A DNA stretch of 64,000 nt from Histomonas meleagridis 2922-C6/04-290x (taxonomy: Eukaryota > Protista > Parabasalia), in contig JAANOX010000258.1 in the NCBI GenBank assembly GCA_020184695.1, forward strand, positions 186,001-250,000. The letters run 5' to 3'. Both the position numbers and the translations under genes were made by a program. Numbering within the stretch: position 1 is the first letter of the stretch; the number at the start of each line of letters is the position of its first letter. Shown piece by piece: positions 57,075 through 64,000 of this stretch. The notes under the pieces were generated by a model, which made no database searches, was not told the DNA's origin, and saw only the letters and a program-made list of their open reading frames with translations.

Positions 57075-58721
57075 TCAAGAGAACAAAGCAAATATTTCTT
57101 TCACAAAAATTGGTACCCAACTTTTGTCATTAAGTATATATATCACTCCACCATGAACTCCAAATGTTTTATCACCGATTTCATATGCAATTTTTCCTTC
57201 GATTGTTCCTTTTGGAGCGAAATTTTTACCGCATCTAAAAGCAATATTTTCGAGCAAATCCCCAATAGATGCAGGCTCTGCTTCTTTCTCGACAGTTAAT
57301 CCCTTTAAAATTGGGCTTTTTGACTTTAGTCGATTGAGTGCGTCGATCAAACTGCTCACAATTCTGGGGGTCCCTATAACCTCCTCAGGGATTTCACTTT
57401 TGAAGTGAACGTAAAATTTAGCCGCCAGTGTCAAATTTTCCGAAATGAGGGAATCCATTTCCAATATTTTTGGCTGAATGAAGTGATCGGCAATAAGAGA
57501 TGCAGAAAGTGATATTGGAAGTATTCCTATCCATGGCTTAATAACATCAATTTTCCCAAGAGTTAATGCTGTCGCAAGTTTGGGCCCAATTGTTCGATAC
57601 ATAAAATCAAGAGATCGACCAAGAACATTTGGCCATTGACGAAGCATACGCTCAGCAAGAGGTGAAGGTGGTTGCCAATTAATTAGGACTTTATCTGCAT
57701 GAAGTCTCACGATTACTGCAAATTGTGACGATAGATTTGCTGCATCAGCAAGTTCAATCCATGTGTGAACTTTCATATTATCACAAAGGAATTGAAGGGT
57801 GTCAACTAGAAATGGTTTTGCAACATTGGTGAAGAATATCGAAAGAGTCGATGGAGACAAAAGTCCTTTTTCAAGCCATAAATTCGCCCATTTTGTACAC
57901 TCATCGGAAGATTCGATGAGTAAAGCTACAGAAGCCTTCGGGAAAAGCGTTTTTTCCAGAAATTTTACCCATAACTTATCAATTGCTGAATTTGGAGAAA
58001 ATGCAGTTTGAACATCAAACATCCAATTTCTAAGCCTCATCCATTCGCTGACATTTTCGGTATTAAAGATACCACTTTCAATTAAATTATTTGAAAAAGA
58101 TTCTGCAACTGTGATTGTAAGCCTGGGAACCTCAAACGGATTCTTTTGTTCCTTTTGGTATTTGTATGTTTTCGGCATTGGTGAAGAAATGAGTTGTGGA
58201 TTTTTTGCAATTTCAAAAATAAGTTGGAAAGTGTTAGAATAATTCATGGGATCATCCTTAACACTCTGTATCAAATCTTTTAAATTGTTTTTTGCTTGAA
58301 TATTTTGAATCATTTGTTTTTTACGCATTTTTAATTCTTTAATTTTTTGCTGAAGTAAGTTCGCTTTATCTATGAGCTGTTGTGATTGCGATATAACTTT
58401 GCGTTGTACAATGTTTTCATGAAATGCACATAATGCAGATTGTAAAATTGGGAATGTTGAACTTTCACAAAATTTATTTTGGGAATTAATAATTTGAGGA
58501 TTATTAAGAGGGGGCATTGGTGGGCCATTAATTCTCCAAGCACCTACTGGTTTAAGTATTGGCGTTTCCCCTTTGATTCCATCAATTTCCTCTGACAAAC
58601 CAGCATTTTTTGGACGAACTTTTAGTTCGGCTGTAGAAGTATCAATTGGGCCGTCACCAAGTCCAAGATTTTTCAGGAGTGAAAAACCTGTTGCTAGTGA
58701 TTGTTGCCCTGGGTTCTGCAT
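57075..58721 (-). CDS. Hypothetical protein
   Basis: 548-aa ATG ORF; no confident motif. Confidence 0.7.
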   Translation of the reverse strand: MQNPGQQSLATGFSLLKNLGLGDGPIDTSTAELKVRPKNAGLSEEIDGIKGETPILKPVGAWRINGPPMPPLNNPQIINSQNKFCESSTFPILQSALCAFHENIVQRKVISQSQQLIDKANLLQQKIKELKMRKKQMIQNIQAKNNLKDLIQSVKDDPMNYSNTFQLIFEIAKNPQLISSPMPKTYKYQKEQKNPFEVPRLTITVAESFSNNLIESGIFNTENVSEWMRLRNWMFDVQTAFSPNSAIDKLWVKFLEKTLFPKASVALLIESSDECTKWANLWLEKGLLSPSTLSIFFTNVAKPFLVDTLQFLCDNMKVHTWIELADAANLSSQFAVIVRLHADKVLINWQPPSPLAERMLRQWPNVLGRSLDFMYRTIGPKLATALTLGKIDVIKPWIGILPISLSASLIADHFIQPKILEMDSLISENLTLAAKFYVHFKSEIPEEVIGTPRIVSSLIDALNRLKSKSPILKGLTVEKEAEPASIGDLLENIAFRCGKNFAPKGTIEGKIAYEIGDKTFGVHGGVIYILNDKSWVPIFVKEIFALFS

Positions 58722-58797
58722 CCCTTTCTAGGTTCTATCGTTAATATAAAGTTCAGAATAAATTAACGTCTTCAGTCTAAACGGCTTATTCAGACCA

Positions 58798-59391
58798 ATG
58801 GCTGCTTCAGCTATTATTCAAATTCCAGATCTTGATCATTTTACTTTTGGGACAAGTTCAAATGAAATAGAGGAACAGGAGCATGAAAAATTTACAAAAA
58901 TCGAAAGAATTAGATCAATTTTTTCCGCAGGAGGTACTGTTCGATCTGTACGAGCAATTGTTTTAGCTCATATCCACAATCATCCACATGTTCTTCTTCT
59001 TGAAAAAAACAGTGATAACTCAAAAATTATTCCAGGTGGAATTTTAACACCAGGGGAAGATGATGAAACAGGTTTACAACGCCTTCTCTCAAAGAAGATG
59101 AATCTTATTGAAGGCTCGTATGAAATAAGTGAACTGATCGCAACTTGGTATCGACCTCAATTTACTGAACACTTGTTTCCCTATCTCCCAGTACACATAA
59201 CTATCCCAAAGGAAGTCGAGCGATGGTACCTTGTACTTCTTCCTGAAAAAGGGTTCTTTGGAATTCCTCCAAAATATAAACTTCACGCAGTTCCATTTTA
59301 TGATCTTCAAGAGGGCGATCAAAGAATTTTTGGAAAACAGCTCCCAACAATTCCACTTCTTGTGAGCAGGTTCAATATTGAGCCAATTTAA
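58798..59391 (+). CDS. NUDT21: Cleavage factor Im 25 kDa subunit (CPSF5/NUDT21)
   Basis: RSVRAIVLAHIHNHPHVLLL, PGGILTPGEDDETGLQRLL, WYRPQF, YLPVHITIPKE and PFYDL. Confidence 0.92.
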   Translation: MAASAIIQIPDLDHFTFGTSSNEIEEQEHEKFTKIERIRSIFSAGGTVRSVRAIVLAHIHNHPHVLLLEKNSDNSKIIPGGILTPGEDDETGLQRLLSKKMNLIEGSYEISELIATWYRPQFTEHLFPYLPVHITIPKEVERWYLVLLPEKGFFGIPPKYKLHAVPFYDLQEGDQRIFGKQLPTIPLLVSRFNIEPI

Positions 59392-59837
59392 AGTTCCTTT
59401 TAAAATTTTTCTTAATAAATTTTAATGAATTTTTTATTATTATTATTCATAATAGAAACTTAATAGTCAATATAACAATAAATTTTTAAATTACTTGGAA
59501 AATTTAAATTTAATATTTGATAATTTTTTTTAACAGTAAATCATTATTACAAAGATTATTTTATACTATTTGTAAAATTATGTGTATTGATAATATTTTC
59601 CCTATAAATTTATTTTCAATTTTTGCCAGCGAATAATCGTTAAAATAATAATTTTAATCCAAAAAGAAATTTTGTGCTAAAAATATCATTGAAACAATCC
59701 TGGTTACTGATTATTAGTTAGTTCATTAGAAAATAGCCAGAAGAACAAAGTTCGTTTTTTATCAATTGATAGTGCACTAAATCCCACAAAAATAAAAATG
59801 ACATAATAATTTGAATGAAACTAATTTAGCAGCGCCA

Positions 59838-62402
59838 ATGAAAAGATATGTATATCCTGTTATTTTTATCCCCAGGATTCCTCAATCAGTTGTAACAACA
59901 GGCCATAAGTATCGTTGCTATGGAGATTTTTTTTTGATATCCAAAAAAAAACATCAATTTGTTGATTTTGATGTACCAAAGCATTTATTTGATTTTAAAA
60001 TTCGTGTTCATATTACGCACCCTTTTACAACTTATTTAAGCGAATCTCAATTAGACAACATTGATCAAGCATTCAAAGAAATAAACAATGGATTTTCTTA
60101 TATGTCCAACACAAAAACATTACTTGAAAATAACATGTGCATTCTACCTCTTATGCACCTGCAAGGTAAGGATGATTGGAGTGCAACTCTTGAATGGGCC
60201 GAATCATTTTTAAATCCAACAATATCACTACCTACAACATTTAGACGCTGCCTCACCAAATTTGATCAAAAAAATAAAGGTCAAATGCTCAAAGAGTTTT
60301 GTCGAAACAATGGAGAACTCATTTCCAAATTTTTAATGTTCATATCATCGATTGATGTTCCACTAGAAGAATTTATCAAAAACACACCTCCTATAAACGA
60401 TAATGTTTTGTCCAAACAAGAACAAGTTGCCATTATTTCAATTCTTACATTTAATGAGATCCTTCTTTCTAATTTTCTTGTTGCAAAATCTGCTCAAGGA
60501 TATCATGCAAATGAAGACGCAAAGCGTAAGTATCATATTTTAGAACTTATATGTCCTGATCATCATGCTAATGAAGTTATTCCTGATTCTAAACGTGACC
60601 TTACATATGCTGCTAAGTCAGAGAAATTGTTTGGAATCGACAAATATGATGATAGTAATCCTTTAATTTCTGTTTCATCACTCAAAGTCAAATATGATAC
60701 AGTTGGTACTCTTTACAATGCAGTAAGTGAATTCCCACATTGTCACTCGAAAGAGCATCAACGAATATACGAAGCATTAAAAAACAAGAAGTTAATTCAA
60801 GAGATTATAAAAAGAATCCCCGACAATACAAATCTTGACACAAATTTAAAGATGTTTCCCATGGAGCCCTTCAAAGTAGTATACTTCCCGAGGATAATAT
60901 CAGTAACATTCTTCTTCATGAACCACCTCGCCGATCAGCTCAATCCGATTTCGCCGTCAAAACCGAACATTTCTATGAACATTGAAAAAGCTGCCGAGCA
61001 CATTGAAAAAGTTATGGATCACAAATTCAAAAATACAGATTTTTTAAGAACAGCATTAACAGATCCAAGTTATCCTTATTTACCATCTCAGTATGTACAA
61101 TCATACCAAAGAATGGAATACTTGGGCGATTGCGTGTTAGATGTTGTTACAACATTTTCTATTTTTAACGCAAATGAAGAAGCTGAAGAAGGCCCAATGA
61201 CATTAATGAAGCACGCTATTGTCTCAAACAAAACTTTCGCTCATATTGGAAAAGAACTAAAAATAGATCAATTTGTAATCACGCAATATCAAGCTAATTA
61301 TACTGAATCATCAAAACCATTAGCTGATGTTGTTGAAGCAATCTTTGGTGCAATTTTTTTAGATTCAACTTTACATGAATGTTTTCGAGTTTATCAACTA
61401 TTAGTTATCAATCATAGAGATCTTTTTGATAAATTACTTCGTAAGCAAGAGCTAACAAAGTCCACACTCGATTTCATTGAAAAATTATCTCCTGATTCAT
61501 ATGGAAGGATTTATTGTCACGCGCCGATCATTGAAAACCACCCGATAACCGCCGAAGACATTGAAAATCAGCTAAACCTCACAATTTCTCAGAAAACAAA
61601 ACCGCTGGAGGACGTTAACGATGATGGGATGATTCACGTTCCGATAGCTGATGATGAAGAATGTTTTCGACTATTTCAACTCGCCTTAACTCACCCTTCA
61701 ACTTCACTTGAATATAACTATAATCGTCTTGAGTTTATCGGTGATATTGTTGTTAAATTTAGTACTGGTGTTCATTCTTATTTTTCATTTCCACTTGCTG
61801 ATGAATCTGGTTTAACAATTTCTACCTCTTTTTATAAGTCTAATGACCAACTTGGTCGTGTTTCACTTCAAATGGGAATACCAAAAATTGCATATTTTGC
61901 AGATTCAATGAAAGAAATCCTTAATTTAGATGAAGAAGATGCTAAGAACCAAGACGTTGCATTGAACAAAGCATACGGTGACTTCTTTGAGTCCGTCACT
62001 GCTGCTGTAACGATGTCGCAAGGTTTGTTTTACGCATTTGAATTTGTGAAGGAGAACGTTATCGGGAAGACGTTTAAAAACCGTCCTGACGATCCGAGTC
62101 GCGATCGGAAAAGTGATTTAGTATTACATATACAAAAACATCTTCATAAGCCTCCTGAATATAATTTATGGTTTGATAATGACATATGGTATACATTTGT
62201 TTCAATAAATGGTGTACAATTGCCATATATTGGAAGGTCAAATGATCGAACAATGTCAATGATGATTGTATCACAGAAAATTGTGGAAGTGATCGACTCA
62301 GATCCTGACATATTCGATAAGATAGCAAAGCAACAGGAATTGATTAGTGAAAATGATGGGAACTCAATCGAAATCAAAATTGGTCCTGAATTTAATTTGT
62401 AA
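59838..62402 (+). CDS. Minimal Dicer-like protein: two RNase III domains plus a C-terminal dsRBD-like segment
   Basis: YQRMEYLGDCVLD / ADVVEAIFGAIFLD and YNRLEFIGDIVVK / GDFFESVTAA; C-terminal LHKPPEY..YTFVSINGV..GR. No helicase motifs. Confidence 0.88.
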   Translation: MKRYVYPVIFIPRIPQSVVTTGHKYRCYGDFFLISKKKHQFVDFDVPKHLFDFKIRVHITHPFTTYLSESQLDNIDQAFKEINNGFSYMSNTKTLLENNMCILPLMHLQGKDDWSATLEWAESFLNPTISLPTTFRRCLTKFDQKNKGQMLKEFCRNNGELISKFLMFISSIDVPLEEFIKNTPPINDNVLSKQEQVAIISILTFNEILLSNFLVAKSAQGYHANEDAKRKYHILELICPDHHANEVIPDSKRDLTYAAKSEKLFGIDKYDDSNPLISVSSLKVKYDTVGTLYNAVSEFPHCHSKEHQRIYEALKNKKLIQEIIKRIPDNTNLDTNLKMFPMEPFKVVYFPRIISVTFFFMNHLADQLNPISPSKPNISMNIEKAAEHIEKVMDHKFKNTDFLRTALTDPSYPYLPSQYVQSYQRMEYLGDCVLDVVTTFSIFNANEEAEEGPMTLMKHAIVSNKTFAHIGKELKIDQFVITQYQANYTESSKPLADVVEAIFGAIFLDSTLHECFRVYQLLVINHRDLFDKLLRKQELTKSTLDFIEKLSPDSYGRIYCHAPIIENHPITAEDIENQLNLTISQKTKPLEDVNDDGMIHVPIADDEECFRLFQLALTHPSTSLEYNYNRLEFIGDIVVKFSTGVHSYFSFPLADESGLTISTSFYKSNDQLGRVSLQMGIPKIAYFADSMKEILNLDEEDAKNQDVALNKAYGDFFESVTAAVTMSQGLFYAFEFVKENVIGKTFKNRPDDPSRDRKSDLVLHIQKHLHKPPEYNLWFDNDIWYTFVSINGVQLPYIGRSNDRTMSMMIVSQKIVEVIDSDPDIFDKIAKQQELISENDGNSIEIKIGPEFNL

Positions 62403-62520
62403 AATTTTCCTCTTTGTAACAAAAATTAGAGTAAAAATATGATATCGAATTATTTTTGGTTTAAATAATGAGTGAAAAGAGTAATTTTAAATGTTTAATG
62501 AACAAAAATTAATTTTTTTT

Positions 62521-62558
62521 TGGGCATTTGGTTCGATTCCCAGCGCATGCATTTTTTT
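62521..62558 (+). other. Isolated tRNA 3'-half relic (T-arm, acceptor 3' strand and T-run), Gly-like
   Basis: GGTTCGATTCCCAG-CGCATGC-A-TTTTTTT, with no D-arm or anticodon arm upstream. Confidence 0.5.
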
Positions 62559-62592
62559 ATATAAAAAATTTTTAAACGGAAGTTTTGGTAAA

Positions 62593-64000
62593 ATGATTCC
62601 TCGCCAGAAGAGAGAGCTATTAAATGATCTCTTGGCATTAATTTTGGAAACTGATGATAGCGATGTTATTGATAGGTGGCGCACATTTGCATATTTTCTG
62701 ATTCAAACTCCAACAAAATCAAATCCACCGCACAATTTAGAATATTGGGCGAAAAAATGGAAAAATTCCATCAGATTAGAACAGGTTAATGCATTAAATC
62801 AATTAATTAAAAAAGCATCAAAAAAAGAAAATCCAATTTATACTCTTTTCGATGCATTAAAAACTTCAAAAATAACATATCCATCACCAAATCAGCAAGG
62901 CAATGAAACATCAAATGTAAATAAGGTCACAATAACATTAACTGAAGATCAAATTATTCAAGATTTACTAAATTTACTGCGCCATGGAAAAAGCAAACTT
63001 TTTATGATGTCCAAAGATTATAAGTATCATACAGAAGAAAATATTTCGCTTTCACATTTTTCTTTACTCAATAGAATTTTAAAATTGTCATCATGCTTAG
63101 CGTTCATCCGCGAAACGCGGAACGCCTTCAAAGGAACCATTGGTAGCACTGTGCGAGTTATAATTGACAAAGAGTATGATTCAATCACGAAAGAGATTTC
63201 TAATATTCCTATTGAAAATCTCACTCTCATTAAACTTTATTCCTATCTCTCAGGACCCATAAAAGAACGAATCATTGCTTCTACCATAGTTTGTAACTCG
63301 ATTTCAAGTGGAAAACTTCCATCGCTCATCAATAGAATTCTTTCGATTTCTCCATATGGAATTCATCAAGTCAGCTCAATCACATCAAAAATGATCGATT
63401 CATCCATTAGTGTGCTTCTGACTTTCATTCGGAACTGGACAGTTTATGGAGTATTAAATGATCCAGACAATGAATTTTTTATCAAAAAACATGTTGGCAA
63501 AGTTGATAGCGAGCTTTGGTGGAGCACCAAATACGAGCTTGTTGAATCCCTTGTTCCCAATTTTCTCATTGAAAATAATGTCATTCATCAAATACTTGTC
63601 TCTGGCAAATCCATACTGTTTATGCGGAAGCACCGGGATTGTTTTTCAAGTAATTTTGTTGATAATTTTGGGTCATCAGCACCTTTTGCTGTAAATTATC
63701 AACAACCGAAAATGAAAGAAGTCAAACCAGAGATTGCATGGTCAGGCCCATCATTTGAACTCTCCATGGTTCCTAAATTTGCTGAGGATTCGATGAAATC
63801 GCTGATGTACATGATCAAACAAACGGTTTGGATTCCGGGGCACCTCAAAACGATACAAGATTTTATATTATTTGCAAGAGGAGACTTTGCAAGTGCTTTA
63901 TATCAAAACTTTAATGATAACATTGATGAAGATCCACCAACATTACTCCTTCAATCAATTAATCAAGTAGCTTTGACAAAGAATTATACAAATCAAATGA
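62593..64000 (+). CDS. Gamma-tubulin complex component (Spc97/Spc98, GCP3-like), 3' partial
   Basis: Open from the ATG at 62593 to the window end (missed by the ORF track). IRNWTVYGVLNDPDNEFFI, ILVSGKSILFMR and HLKTIQDFILFARGDF. Confidence 0.85.
   Translation, partial: MIPRQKRELLNDLLALILETDDSDVIDRWRTFAYFLIQTPTKSNPPHNLEYWAKKWKNSIRLEQVNALNQLIKKASKKENPIYTLFDALKTSKITYPSPNQQGNETSNVNKVTITLTEDQIIQDLLNLLRHGKSKLFMMSKDYKYHTEENISLSHFSLLNRILKLSSCLAFIRETRNAFKGTIGSTVRVIIDKEYDSITKEISNIPIENLTLIKLYSYLSGPIKERIIASTIVCNSISSGKLPSLINRILSISPYGIHQVSSITSKMIDSSISVLLTFIRNWTVYGVLNDPDNEFFIKKHVGKVDSELWWSTKYELVESLVPNFLIENNVIHQILVSGKSILFMRKHRDCFSSNFVDNFGSSAPFAVNYQQPKMKEVKPEIAWSGPSFELSMVPKFAEDSMKSLMYMIKQTVWIPGHLKTIQDFILFARGDFASALYQNFNDNIDEDPPTLLLQSINQVALTKNYTNQM

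Overview
AT-rich, gene-dense eukaryotic genomic DNA, inferred to be from a parabasalid (Tritrichomonas/Histomonas/Trichomonas group). Support: DUF3447-type ankyrin genes, BspA-like LRR surface proteins, a trichomonad R2R3 Myb, M3/Inr-like promoter motifs, and no visible canonical GT-AG introns. The window holds housekeeping genes (NOP58, CFIm25, CNOT11, ULK/ATG1-like kinase, Rab, Rho, USP, START, a minimal Dicer-like RNase III, a gamma-tubulin complex subunit, tRNA-Met), two TIR DNA transposons (IS481/integrase-like and pogo/DDE_1-like) and several pseudogenes. The standout is in the three ankyrin loci (1-1683, 10403-13427, 34465-37589). Every ankyrin repeat is split at the same beta-hairpin position by an AT-rich, non-GT-AG spacer that often carries stops or shifts the frame, while the 90-nt coding modules between spacers stay open. 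In the 34.5-37.6 kb gene, 10 of 11 spacers are exactly 80 nt (one is 81) despite strong sequence divergence, and the spacers share a predicted hairpin. This points to an undescribed way of removing or bypassing these segments (non-canonical intron, ribosomal bypass or DNA excision) in a variable, DARPin-like repeat family. The mechanism is inference and needs RNA or protein data.
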